Origin: Bacillota bacterium
Lineage (GTDB): Bacteria > Bacillota > Clostridia > Peptostreptococcales > Anaerovoracaceae
Length of the DNA: 64,000 nt
Reading direction: 5' to 3'
Assembly: GCA_021769295.1 (NCBI GenBank)
Contig: JAETTD010000011.1
Coordinates: forward strand, 134-64,133
Below are positions 15,967 through 25,905 of the stretch, piece after piece. Under the pieces are notes generated by a model that was given only the letters and a program-made list of their open reading frames with translations, was not told the DNA's origin and made no database searches. The stretch's first letter is position 1; each line of letters opens with the position of its first letter. The position numbers and the translations under genes were made by a program.

Positions 15967-17949
15967 ATGAAACATACACCTGTAAAGGTAATTAACAAAA
16001 AAAGGATAGCCATAGGGTTCATAGTCATAGCAGTTCTTATGATTTTGCTTGCTTTCAGAGTTGCATGGATTCAGATAGTGGATGCAGACGAACTAACGGA
16101 AAAAGCCATAGGACAGCAGACCAGCGACATCCCTATAAAAGCCAAAAGAGGAGTAATATACGACAGAAACGGCAAGGAACTGGCCACAAGCGTGACGTGT
16201 TATTCCGTATGGGTCAGACCGGCGGAACTTGCCGAGAACAAAACCGATGATGAAATAGCTCAGGTCGCACAGGATTTGGCTCCCATAGTCGGCATGGAAC
16301 CTGATGAGGTAAAAACCAAACTGGTAAAGGAACAGGCCCTTGTTAAGATTGCCCAGTATCTTGAAAAGGAAACGGCAGATCAAATCAGAGAACTTAACAT
16401 ACCGGGCATATCCCTGTCGGAAGACACAAAAAGGTACTATCCTCTCGGCAACTTTGCCTCCCAGCTTCTCGGAAGCGTTACGGTAGACAATACCGGAAGG
16501 ACGGGAATAGAACTTGAATATGACCAATACTTAGGAGGAATAGCCGGAAGGTGGGTAAAAAATACCGACGTTACCGGCAATGAGCTTGTAGACGGCTCGG
16601 AAGAATATTTTGAGGCACAGGACGGACTTAATGTGGTATTGACCATAGACGAGGCCATACAGTATTATGCAGAGAAAGCATTGGAAGAAGGCATGGAAAA
16701 GACCGATGCGGACAGAATAATGTGCCTCATTATGGACCCTCAGACCGGAGAGATTCTTGCGAGCGCCATAACTCCCGGATTTGACCCCAACAATGCAACG
16801 GAACCTTGCGATGAAAAGGAAAGAGAAGCTTTTGAGGAACTTGAGGAAGAGGACCAGATGAGCTATCTTTTCAAGATGTGGAGAAATCCAATAGTCAGCG
16901 ATACTTATGAGCCGGGTTCGACCTTTAAGCTCATTACGGCGTCTTCCGCTTTGGAAGAAAAGGTCATTTCGCCTACGGATACCTTTACATGCGATACTAA
17001 AGTTACGGTGGCCGGTGTAACACTTCATTGCTGGAGCACCAGGGACCATGGAACTCAGACCATAAAAGAGGCTCTCGGAAATTCGTGCAACCCGGCTCTG
17101 GCAAAGGTTGCCGGAAAAATGGGTGCTACGACGTTTTATAAATATATAGAGCTTTACGGAATCACAGAAAAAACGGGAGTGGATTATCCGGGAGAAACCA
17201 GCTCGATAATGTATAACCTTGAGGATGTGGGCCCTGTTGAGCTTGCGACAATGGGATACGGACAGAGTATTTCCCTTACTCCGATACAGCTCTTGACTGC
17301 CGTATGTGCCATAGGCAACGGAGGAGACCTGCTGCAGCCGAGATACGTAAAAGCTCTTACGGATTCCGACGGAAAAGTGGTAGAGCAGTTTAAGACCAAG
17401 GTAGTGAGAAAAGTAATTTCGGAAGATACCGCAGCAGAAATGCGTGAGGCCATGGAATATGTAGTGGCCGAGGGCGGAGGCGGAAACGCCAAGATACCCG
17501 GCATGAGAATAGGAGGCAAGACAGGAACCGCAAACAAAGTCGAAGGCGGAAAGTACGGCGATTATTATTACAGTTCCTTCTTGGGTATGGCTCCCATGGA
17601 TGACCCTAAGGTTGCCATATTGGTAATCGTAGACAGTCCTAAGGGTTCATACTACGGTTCCCTTACGGCGGCTCCGATAGCCAAGAGCATATTGGAAGAC
17701 ACTCTGAGGTACCTGAACATTGATCCTCAGTATACGGATGAAGAAAAGGCTGCTATTGAAGGTAACTACACCATAGTGCCTGACGTAACAGGCAAAGAAT
17801 ACAGCGAGGCTGCCGGCATAATAGCGGGCTGCGAGCTTGGATACAGCAAACCTGAGGGAGCGGGCGATGAGTTTATCGTGGCGGCCCAGTATCCTGCGGC
17901 AGGAACAAAAGTTAAACGAGGCTCAAACGTATATGTATACAACCAATAA
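15967..17949 (+). CDS. Class B penicillin-binding protein (FtsI/PBP2B/SpoVD family) with a C-terminal PASTA domain
   Basis: 660 aa. Motifs SxxK (GSTFK), SxN (NSCN) and KTG (GGKTGTA). The C-terminal ~60 aa resemble a PASTA domain (VPDVTGKEYSEA...). Confidence 0.92.
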   Translation: MKHTPVKVINKKRIAIGFIVIAVLMILLAFRVAWIQIVDADELTEKAIGQQTSDIPIKAKRGVIYDRNGKELATSVTCYSVWVRPAELAENKTDDEIAQVAQDLAPIVGMEPDEVKTKLVKEQALVKIAQYLEKETADQIRELNIPGISLSEDTKRYYPLGNFASQLLGSVTVDNTGRTGIELEYDQYLGGIAGRWVKNTDVTGNELVDGSEEYFEAQDGLNVVLTIDEAIQYYAEKALEEGMEKTDADRIMCLIMDPQTGEILASAITPGFDPNNATEPCDEKEREAFEELEEEDQMSYLFKMWRNPIVSDTYEPGSTFKLITASSALEEKVISPTDTFTCDTKVTVAGVTLHCWSTRDHGTQTIKEALGNSCNPALAKVAGKMGATTFYKYIELYGITEKTGVDYPGETSSIMYNLEDVGPVELATMGYGQSISLTPIQLLTAVCAIGNGGDLLQPRYVKALTDSDGKVVEQFKTKVVRKVISEDTAAEMREAMEYVVAEGGGGNAKIPGMRIGGKTGTANKVEGGKYGDYYYSSFLGMAPMDDPKVAILVIVDSPKGSYYGSLTAAPIAKSILEDTLRYLNIDPQYTDEEKAAIEGNYTIVPDVTGKEYSEAAGIIAGCELGYSKPEGAGDEFIVAAQYPAAGTKVKRGSNVYVYNQ

Positions 17950-17991
17950 AAATAATATTAGATAAGCCGGAAACCCCGGCAAGAGGAAGGT

Positions 17992-19476
17992 ATGAAGCTT
18001 AAATCTCTTCTTGAATCCCTGGACTTTCAAAGGGTCACAGGCACTCTGGATAAAGAGGCGAAAGCATTGGTATACCATTCAGACAAGGCTGTTAAAAATT
18101 CGGTGTTTTTTGCTATCGAAGGGCAGCTGAAAGACGGGAGAGATTATATCGGCGAGGCTGTCTCAAAAGGAGCGGATACCGTCGTAATACAAAAAGACGC
18201 AGAAATTGAAAATACTATAAAACCGGAAGTCACCGTAATAAAGGTGGAGGATGTCAGGAAAGCTCTTGCCCATATGAGCGCAAGGTTTTATGATAACCCT
18301 TCCGAAAAGATGCTCGTAATAGGCGTTACGGGTACAAAAGGGAAGACCAGTACCGTATTTATGATAAGGCAGATACTTGAAGATGCCGGAATCAAAACCG
18401 GAATCATCGGCACCGTTTTTGTGGGCTACGAAGGAAACCTGCAAAATGCGTCGGCGACCACACCTCAGTCATATGAAATTCAGAAGGCAATGAAAGAGAT
18501 GTATGATGAGGGCTGCAAGGCGGTGGTCATGGAAGTGTCTTCCCAAGGCTTAATGCAAAGCAGGGCAGAAGATATAAACTTTGACATAGGAATATTTACC
18601 AATATTACTCCGGACCACATAGGCGCCGGCGAACATGAAAATTTTGAAGAATATCTTTTCTGGAAAAGCACCCTGTTTAAAAAGTGCCACAGGGCAATAA
18701 TAAACATAGACGACCCTCACTGGAAAGATGTAATAAAGGGTGCGGACCTGGAGCAGACCGTATTTTTCGGAAAGAGCGAAGAGGCTGACTTCAGATACAG
18801 GGATGTAAAACTGTGGTCTGAAAAGGGCCTGCTGGGTATAGAATACCTTTTAGAGTCAAAGAGCCCCTGCGGAGACGGCAGCACGAGAAAAATCCTTTTA
18901 GATATACCGGGCAGATTCAACGTGCAAAATTCTCTTGCAGCCATTGCTGTAACCAAGTCTCTCGGAATACCGTGGAGTGTAATTGAAGAAAGCCTTAAAA
19001 AAGTTCGGATACCGGGCCGTGTGGAAAGGATTCCGACATCGGGAGATTTCACCGTTCTGGTGGATTATGCTCACAACGGAATTTCTCTGAAAAGCCTTAT
19101 GGAGAGTCTGAGAGAATATGAGCCGGAAAGAATCATTCTGGTCTTTGGATGCGGAGGAAACAGAGATAGAAACAGGCGCTTTGAAATGGGAAAAGCAGCC
19201 ATGGAGACGGCGGATTTTATAATAGTCACTTCCGACAACCCGAGAAGGGAGAATCCGCTGAGCATAATAGATGACATTACCGGCGTAATGAAGTTTCAGG
19301 AGAAAGCCATACTGGCCATACCCGACAGGAGAAAGGCCATTGAAAGGGCTGTAAAAGAAGCACGATGCAAAGATATCGTCGTTATCGCAGGCAAGGGTCA
19401 CGAAACGTATCAGATAATCGGAGATGATATAAGGCACTTTGATGATAAAGAAGTCATTTTATCTTTAGGAGAGTGA
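17992..19476 (+). CDS. murE: UDP-MurNAc-L-Ala-D-Glu--2,6-diaminopimelate ligase
   Basis: 494 aa. GVTGTKGKTS P-loop. The DNPR motif (SDNPRRENP) indicates meso-DAP specificity. Confidence 0.95.
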   Translation: MKLKSLLESLDFQRVTGTLDKEAKALVYHSDKAVKNSVFFAIEGQLKDGRDYIGEAVSKGADTVVIQKDAEIENTIKPEVTVIKVEDVRKALAHMSARFYDNPSEKMLVIGVTGTKGKTSTVFMIRQILEDAGIKTGIIGTVFVGYEGNLQNASATTPQSYEIQKAMKEMYDEGCKAVVMEVSSQGLMQSRAEDINFDIGIFTNITPDHIGAGEHENFEEYLFWKSTLFKKCHRAIINIDDPHWKDVIKGADLEQTVFFGKSEEADFRYRDVKLWSEKGLLGIEYLLESKSPCGDGSTRKILLDIPGRFNVQNSLAAIAVTKSLGIPWSVIEESLKKVRIPGRVERIPTSGDFTVLVDYAHNGISLKSLMESLREYEPERIILVFGCGGNRDRNRRFEMGKAAMETADFIIVTSDNPRRENPLSIIDDITGVMKFQEKAILAIPDRRKAIERAVKEARCKDIVVIAGKGHETYQIIGDDIRHFDDKEVILSLGE

Positions 19477-20867
19477 AAGCAGTGAAAGAATTTACCATAG
19501 AAGAAATTGCAAAGGCGACAGGCGGAGAGATTTTAAAAGGCCGTAAGGATGACAGGGTGAGAGGCTTTTCCATAGATTCGAGAGAAGTGAAACCGGGTCA
19601 AATGTTTTTTGCAATTAAAGGAGAAAACAACGACGGTCACGATTATATAACTCAAACGATGTCAAAAGGGTGTAGCAGCATAGTCATATCCGACGAAAAA
19701 AGGGCAGAAGAACTGAAGGATGATGATGTAAACGTAATTCTTGTGAAAAACACCACCAAAGCGCTGCAGGATTTGTCAAAGTACTATCTGAACCTGCTGC
19801 CCCTCAAGAAAAAAATAGGGGTGACAGGAAGCGTGGGAAAGACCAGCACAAGAGATATGATGTACTACGTCGCATCTACGAAATACAAGACCGGGAGAAA
19901 CAAGAAAAACTATAACAATGCTCACGGTCTGCCTCTTTCCATATTGGATTTTGATGAAGATACCGAAATCGCAGTCCTTGAAATGGGAATGGACGCCCCG
20001 GGAGAAATAGAGCTTTTGACTGAAATCGTGCGGCCTGACATAGCCATAATAACAAAGATTGCAGAAGTCAATATCGCCATGATGAAGAACTTAGACAATA
20101 TACTTAAAGCTAAAATGGAGATAACTTCGTTTTTTGATGAAAATTCCGTTTTAGCTGTAAACTCATCCTGTCCTTATCTTACTCCGGAAAAGGTTTCAGG
20201 CAGATACAGGCTTGTAACCGTAGGAGAAACGGAAAAGGAAGATTACAGGGTAACGGATATTTGCGATTTTGGCGATAAAGGTATAAAATACACATTGAGC
20301 CGAAATCATAAACAGTATGATATAGAGCTTTCCACCGCCGGAGCTCACAACGCCTTCAATGCGTCTCTTGCAATAGCTGTAGGTGAGCTCATAGGAGTAA
20401 GCCCCGAAGAAGCGGCGGAGGGATTAAAGAGAGCCGAGCTGACGGGAAAAAGGCTTAGAATATGCGAAAAAAACGGCATAAAAGTAATAGATGACACTTA
20501 TAACGCATGTGAAGATTCGGTAAAGTCCGCTATAGATACCTTGGCGGCGGCAGAGGGCAGCCGGAAGATAGCCATACTGGGCGACATATTGGGATTGGCG
20601 AACAGAGCAGAGGCATGCCACAGCTCTGTCGGAAGATACGCTGCTCAGAAAAACATCGACCTTTTGGTTGCCGTGGGAGACGATGCCCGATATTACGCCG
20701 AAGGCGCAAAGGAGAGCATGGAAGAAAGCAGAGTTATGTTTTTTGCCGAAAAAGATGACTTTTTAAAGGTTAAAAACAGCATTATCAGAGCCGGCGATGT
20801 GATTCTTGTAAAAGCATCGAGAGGCATGGAAATGGAAAAGATAGTAAACGAGATTTTAGAAGGATAA
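19473..20867 (+). CDS. murF: UDP-MurNAc-tripeptide--D-Ala-D-Ala ligase
   Basis: 464 aa with P-loop GVTGSVGKTS. The start could be GTG 19473 or GTG 19482. It overlaps the murE stop. Confidence 0.92.
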   Translation: MKAVKEFTIEEIAKATGGEILKGRKDDRVRGFSIDSREVKPGQMFFAIKGENNDGHDYITQTMSKGCSSIVISDEKRAEELKDDDVNVILVKNTTKALQDLSKYYLNLLPLKKKIGVTGSVGKTSTRDMMYYVASTKYKTGRNKKNYNNAHGLPLSILDFDEDTEIAVLEMGMDAPGEIELLTEIVRPDIAIITKIAEVNIAMMKNLDNILKAKMEITSFFDENSVLAVNSSCPYLTPEKVSGRYRLVTVGETEKEDYRVTDICDFGDKGIKYTLSRNHKQYDIELSTAGAHNAFNASLAIAVGELIGVSPEEAAEGLKRAELTGKRLRICEKNGIKVIDDTYNACEDSVKSAIDTLAAAEGSRKIAILGDILGLANRAEACHSSVGRYAAQKNIDLLVAVGDDARYYAEGAKESMEESRVMFFAEKDDFLKVKNSIIRAGDVILVKASRGMEMEKIVNEILEG

Positions 20868-20883
20868 AAAGTAAGGAGACAAA

Positions 20884-21873
20884 ATGGAATCATTGATATT
20901 CCCGATAACAGCATTATTTGCAGCATGGGTTTTGGGAGCGCTGCTCACCAAGATGCTGATTCCTTTTCTGGAAAAAAAGCAATTCAGACAATTTGTAAGA
21001 GATGAGGGACCTCAGTCACACCTTAAAAAGACAGGTACGCCGAGTATGGGAGGCATAGCCATTATTACGGCTTCTTGCGTCTGTTCTCTGGCGGTGGCGC
21101 TTGTAGCGCATGTTTTTACCGTTGAACTTGCCGCAGTCCTTGTGGCTATGATTCTGTTCGGCACCATAGGCTTTATAGACGATTACGAAAAAGCCGTAAA
21201 AAAGAACAATCTGGGGTTAAGCCCAAAGCAGAAGATAGTTATGCAGCTTGTGTATTCGCTGGCTTTCGGAATTTTTGCGATGTTCTTTTCTGGAAACGGT
21301 ACTGCGGAAGGCAGTGCAATTTGGATTCCGGTAGCGGATGTGACCATAGACCTTGGGATATTTTATATTCCGTTTATAATATTTGTAATGATTGCATTCA
21401 GCAATGCGGTAAATCTTACGGACGGTCTGGACGGTCTTGCATCAGGGGTTACATCTCTGGTTGCCTTTTTTATGGTGGTGGCAGCGACCTTTTTCGGATA
21501 TGCAGGCCAGCCAATAGTATTCGGAGCCGTAGCGGGAGCTTGCCTGGGATTTCTTGTATTTAACAAAAACCCGGCAAAGATTTTCATGGGAGATACAGGA
21601 TCCATGGCTCTCGGAGGAGTGCTGTCAGCAGGAGCCATAATGATGAAAATGGAATTTTTGCTTGCGGTGGCGGGACTTGTATATGTCATAGAAGCGCTGT
21701 CTGTGGTTTTGCAGGTAACCTATTTTAAAAAGACGAAGAAGAGGATTTTTAAAATGGCTCCCATTCATCATCATTTTGAGCTTTGCGGAATGAGCGAGAA
21801 AAAGGTTGTGGCCATGTTTTGGGGATTTGCGACTTTGTCATGTCTGCTGGCAATAGTTCTCATGCATATATAA
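20884..21873 (+). CDS. mraY: Phospho-N-acetylmuramoyl-pentapeptide transferase
   Basis: 329 aa and about 10 TM. Motifs NAVNLTDGLDGLA and PIHHHFE. Confidence 0.96.
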   Translation: MESLIFPITALFAAWVLGALLTKMLIPFLEKKQFRQFVRDEGPQSHLKKTGTPSMGGIAIITASCVCSLAVALVAHVFTVELAAVLVAMILFGTIGFIDDYEKAVKKNNLGLSPKQKIVMQLVYSLAFGIFAMFFSGNGTAEGSAIWIPVADVTIDLGIFYIPFIIFVMIAFSNAVNLTDGLDGLASGVTSLVAFFMVVAATFFGYAGQPIVFGAVAGACLGFLVFNKNPAKIFMGDTGSMALGGVLSAGAIMMKMEFLLAVAGLVYVIEALSVVLQVTYFKKTKKRIFKMAPIHHHFELCGMSEKKVVAMFWGFATLSCLLAIVLMHI

Positions 21874-21903
21874 ACCAATTTGACCGGAATTGAGGTAATG
21901 ATT

Positions 21904-23283
21904 ATGGATAATATCAATTTAAATAACATAAGAAATAAAAGAGTTTTAATAGTCGGAATGGGAAAATCGGGAGTTGCCGCAACACAGGCGATGCTCAAGC
22001 TGGGAGCGCAGGTTACCATTCAGGATTCCAAAGAGGAAAGCAAGGTTGACGCCCAGCTGCTCAATTTTCTGAGAGGAAAGGGAGTTACCATGTGCATGGG
22101 GGAAATTCCTGAAGATATGAGTTCATTTGATATGCTCATTCTGAGCCCCGGAGTGGACCCGGAACTGGCCTTTATCGAAGAAGCAAAGAACAGCGGCGCC
22201 GAAATCGTAGGCGAACTGGAAATAGCCTACAGAGTCGCAAGAGGGAATTTTATAGCCATAACGGGCACCAACGGAAAGACGACCACCACTACTTTGGTAG
22301 GTGAAATTTTCAAAAAGGCCGGAAGGAGCACTCATGTGGTGGGCAACATCGGAGTTGCCGTAATTTCAAAGGCTCTCGAAACCACCGAAGATGACTGGCT
22401 TGTGACAGAAACCAGCAGTTTTCAGCTTCAGACGACCAAATATTTCAAACCTGTCGTATCGGCAATTCTGAATATTACGCCGGACCACCTGAACAGACAT
22501 CACACTATGGAAAATTACGGCTTGGCAAAAGCCAATGTCTTTGCCAACCAGGATGAAACCGGATATTGCATAATAAACGGAGACGATGAACTCTGCCGCA
22601 GGTTATCGGAGAAGTGCAAGGCAAAGGTAATAGAGTTTTCTTCGACCAGGGAACTTGGCGAAGGAGCTTTCGTAAAGGGCGAAAAGCTAATAATCGCCAA
22701 TGAAAAGGGTGAGCTTGTTGAGCTGTGTGACAAAAGCGATTTGCAGATCATAGGAAAACATAATGTCGAAAATGCGCTGGCTGCTGCGGCAATCTGCTAT
22801 TTTGCAGGTATCGATGAAAGGGTGATTGCAGAGACTCTCAAAACTTTTAAGGGTGTTGAGCACAGGATAGAGTACAGCGGCATGATAGACGGAGTCAGGT
22901 TCTACAACGATTCCAAGGCTACCAATGTTGACGCAGCCCTTACTGCCCTAAGGGCCATAGAAAAAAACGTGGTGCTCATAGCCGGAGGCGACGGCAAGAG
23001 CCAGGATTTTAAACCTTTTATAAAGAACTTCAACGGAAGCGTTAAACATATGATACTGCTTGGAAGGGACGGCAAAATCATAGCGGAGGCAGCGGATAAA
23101 GAAGGCTTTAAATCCTATACCTATGCCAAAGATATGGAAGAATGCGTCAAAAAAGCCTTTGAAATTGCAGAAGAAGGTGACACGGTGCTTCTGTCTCCTG
23201 CATGCGCAAGCTGGGATATGTATGACAACTTTGAACAGCGCGGCAATCATTTTAAAGAAATCGTTGCCAGATTAGGCAATTAA
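21904..23283 (+). CDS. murD: UDP-MurNAc-L-alanine--D-glutamate ligase
   Basis: I start at ATG 21904, 7 nt after GAGGT. Motifs VGMGKSG and ITGTNGKTTT. Confidence 0.95.
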   Translation: MDNINLNNIRNKRVLIVGMGKSGVAATQAMLKLGAQVTIQDSKEESKVDAQLLNFLRGKGVTMCMGEIPEDMSSFDMLILSPGVDPELAFIEEAKNSGAEIVGELEIAYRVARGNFIAITGTNGKTTTTTLVGEIFKKAGRSTHVVGNIGVAVISKALETTEDDWLVTETSSFQLQTTKYFKPVVSAILNITPDHLNRHHTMENYGLAKANVFANQDETGYCIINGDDELCRRLSEKCKAKVIEFSSTRELGEGAFVKGEKLIIANEKGELVELCDKSDLQIIGKHNVENALAAAAICYFAGIDERVIAETLKTFKGVEHRIEYSGMIDGVRFYNDSKATNVDAALTALRAIEKNVVLIAGGDGKSQDFKPFIKNFNGSVKHMILLGRDGKIIAEAADKEGFKSYTYAKDMEECVKKAFEIAEEGDTVLLSPACASWDMYDNFEQRGNHFKEIVARLGN

Positions 23284-23291
23284 GGAGCAAT

Positions 23292-24458
23292 ATGAGAAAA
23301 GCCAAAAAAGCAAAAACTGAATCGGAGAAGAGCAAGAAAAGATTCCGGCTTAAGCTGCCTAAAGAGGGCAGGAGCGGGGACCTGTGGCTGGTATTGCTGA
23401 CGGTGATTCTGACGGTTTTCGGAACGGTTATGATTTTCAGCGCAAGCTATTACAAGTCTATCAGCGAAGCCGGCGACCCCTATGTATACCTTAAAAGACA
23501 GGCAATATGGGTCATCGCCGGATTTATAGGCATGTGGATTCTGTCAAAGATAGATTATCACATATGGGGCAGGCTGTATAAAGTAATACCCGTAGTGTGC
23601 GTAGTGCTTTTAGCTCTGCTGTTTACTCCCCTTGGACGTGAGGCGGGAGGCGCCGTAAGATGGATTGCCATAGGACCTATCACCATAATGCCGGGCGAAA
23701 TCGCAAAGCTGGGTCTGATAATCTTTGTGGCCGGTTATTTTGACAGGTATTCCAAGCGAGCCGGAGATTTTTGGCGAGGTGTGGTTCCCGTAGTTGCGCT
23801 CGCAGCGGTATATGCGGGACTGATAATGAAACAGCCCAATATGTCTACGGCATTTACCGTGGTGTTTATAGCAGGCGGAATGCTTTTGGTAGCGGGAGTC
23901 AAATGGAGGCATCTCGGAATTCTGGCAGGAGCTGCTGGAGTTGCAGGCGTAGGATTGATTTTCATGGATTCTGAAGGATACAGATTCGCCAGATTTACCA
24001 GCTTCCTTGACCCTTTTGCAGATGCGCTGGGAAACGGATGGCAGGTGGTTCAATCACTTCTGGCCATGGGAACCGGCGGCCTTACGGGTCTTGGACTCGG
24101 CAACAGCATACAGAAGAATCTGTATCTGCCTGAGCCTCAAAACGATTTTATCCTGGCAATAATCGGAGAAGAACTGGGATTTATCGGAATACTGGGACTG
24201 ATGATAGTCTACATGGTGCTCATCTGGAGAGGCTGCCATGTTGCAATAAATGCTGCCGACTATATGGGAATGATGATGGCTGCGGGCATAACCATAATGA
24301 TAGGAATTCAGGTGGTTATGAATATAGCCGTAGTAACATCGTCCTTCCCTCCTACAGGTATCATCCTTCCTTTCGTAAGTTACGGAGGAAACGCATTGTT
24401 GATATTTATGGGAGCTATGGGAGTACTGCTTAATATTTCAAAATCTTCTGACTTATAG
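23292..24458 (+). CDS. ftsW: SEDS-family peptidoglycan glycosyltransferase FtsW/SpoVE
   Basis: 388 aa and about 10 TM. The position in the dcw cluster and the LPFVSYGG motif support the call. Confidence 0.9.
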   Translation: MRKAKKAKTESEKSKKRFRLKLPKEGRSGDLWLVLLTVILTVFGTVMIFSASYYKSISEAGDPYVYLKRQAIWVIAGFIGMWILSKIDYHIWGRLYKVIPVVCVVLLALLFTPLGREAGGAVRWIAIGPITIMPGEIAKLGLIIFVAGYFDRYSKRAGDFWRGVVPVVALAAVYAGLIMKQPNMSTAFTVVFIAGGMLLVAGVKWRHLGILAGAAGVAGVGLIFMDSEGYRFARFTSFLDPFADALGNGWQVVQSLLAMGTGGLTGLGLGNSIQKNLYLPEPQNDFILAIIGEELGFIGILGLMIVYMVLIWRGCHVAINAADYMGMMMAAGITIMIGIQVVMNIAVVTSSFPPTGIILPFVSYGGNALLIFMGAMGVLLNISKSSDL

Positions 24459-24463
24459 GTGAT

Positions 24464-25582
24464 ATGATGAGAGTAATCGTTACAGGAGGAGGCACGGGAG
24501 GACATATATATCCGGCTCTTGCCATTGCAGACAAATTTAAAGAAATCGATTCATCAACTGAAATTCTGTATGTAGGCTGCTACGAGGGCATTGAAAAAGA
24601 AGTGGTGCCCAAGAGCGGATATGATATGGAAATCGTGGACGCACGCTGGATTGAAAAGAAGACCCCGGGTCAGATGATAAAGACCGGAGTGCGTGTGGCA
24701 AAGGGAATACATGAGGCAAAGAGAGTTATAAAAAAATTCAAACCCGATGTCATAATCGGAACGGGAGGTTACGTTTGTTTTCCGGTACTCGTGGCAGGAC
24801 ATACGCAGAAGTGCCTTTGCTATCTCCACGAGCAGAACGCTTATCCCGGCCTTGCCAACAGAACTCTCGAAAAATACGTTAAAAACATATTTTTGGGATT
24901 TCCCGATGCGTCTCAGTATTTTAAGGAACCGTCAAAGCATGTAAATGCAGGAAATCCCGTAAGAAAAAACTTTTTCCGGATAAGCAAGCAGGAAGCGCGC
25001 AGAAAGCTCAATATTCCGCAGGACGATTTTGTGGTATTTACCTTCGGAGGAAGTCTGGGAGCGCCTAAAATCAACGAAGTTGCAGTGGAACTTGTGCAGC
25101 TCTTTAACGGTCATGAAGATGTGAGCATGATTATGGGCACAGGCAAGTGGTACTACGATGAGATAATGGGAGAGATTACCAAGAAAGGTACTGATATAAA
25201 AGAAAATATAAGGGTAAAAGATTACATTGAAAACATGGATTTGCATTTGCTTGCCTGCGATGTGGTAATAAGCCGTGCGGGCGCTTTGTCGGTGGCTGAA
25301 ACGACCGTAAGCGGAAAAGCGGCAATCCTGATACCTTCTCCCCATGTGACGGGCAATCATCAGTATTACAACGCCAAAGCCGTTGCAGACAGAGGCGGAG
25401 CGATTTTGATAGAAGAGAAGGATTTGCAAATTCAGAAAGTTGTGGAAGATGTCCTTCGCCTTAAAAACAATCCAGACATGCTTGCGGAAATGTCAAAAGC
25501 CAGCAGGGCGTGCGCCCCGGATAAGGCTCTTGACATAATCTGCGGTAAAATCATATCGGATTATGAAAGTTTAAAGAGATAA
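24464..25582 (+). CDS. murG: UDP-GlcNAc:lipid I N-acetylglucosaminyltransferase
   Basis: 372 aa with the N-terminal G-loop TGGGTGGHIYPALA. Confidence 0.95.
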   Translation: MMRVIVTGGGTGGHIYPALAIADKFKEIDSSTEILYVGCYEGIEKEVVPKSGYDMEIVDARWIEKKTPGQMIKTGVRVAKGIHEAKRVIKKFKPDVIIGTGGYVCFPVLVAGHTQKCLCYLHEQNAYPGLANRTLEKYVKNIFLGFPDASQYFKEPSKHVNAGNPVRKNFFRISKQEARRKLNIPQDDFVVFTFGGSLGAPKINEVAVELVQLFNGHEDVSMIMGTGKWYYDEIMGEITKKGTDIKENIRVKDYIENMDLHLLACDVVISRAGALSVAETTVSGKAAILIPSPHVTGNHQYYNAKAVADRGGAILIEEKDLQIQKVVEDVLRLKNNPDMLAEMSKASRACAPDKALDIICGKIISDYESLKR

Positions 25583-25593
25583 GTATGAACAGT

Positions 25594-25627
25594 CGGGCGG
25601 CCGAAAGGCCGCCCGGCATTATTTTTT
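25594..25627 (+). terminator. Rho-independent terminator after murG, inside the dcw cluster
   Basis: CGGGCGGCC (25594-25602) / GGCCGCCCG (25607-25615), GAAA loop, then GCATTATTTTTT. Confidence 0.85.
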
Positions 25628-25651
25628 GGTTCCATGCCAAGTCATAGACCG

Positions 25652-25708
25652 GCGACAACATAGGTGTACATAATATCTGCCGACCTTGCACCGAAATATG
25701 TCAAATCG
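25652..25708 (+). repeat. Third (partial) copy of the ACAACAyAGGTkTACATAATAyC module
   Basis: GCGACAACATAGGTGTACATAATATCTG...CCTTGCACCGAAAT aligns by eye with 60587-60645 and 43098-43150. Confidence 0.75.
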
Positions 25709-25805
25709 ATAACATAATCCCGGGAACTTTTAACATAATTTCGTGAATTCACGAAAACATGTTGCCAGGGGAGATACCCGCAGTATACAAAAATTGCCAA
25801 ACCAT

Positions 25806-25905
25806 GGTACAAAGTATACGGGAACGCCGAAAAGGTATACCGGCGGTATACACATGAGCCAAATCGGTATACAAAGTATACGAAAACCTAAAATATGTAT
25901 ACCGC
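25806..25905 (+). repeat. GTATAC-dense 100-nt element, copy 1
   Basis: GTATAC at 25814, 25835, 25846, 25867, 25876 and 25897, plus 25783 upstream. By eye about 87% identical to 48095-48193 in the same orientation. Confidence 0.9.
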
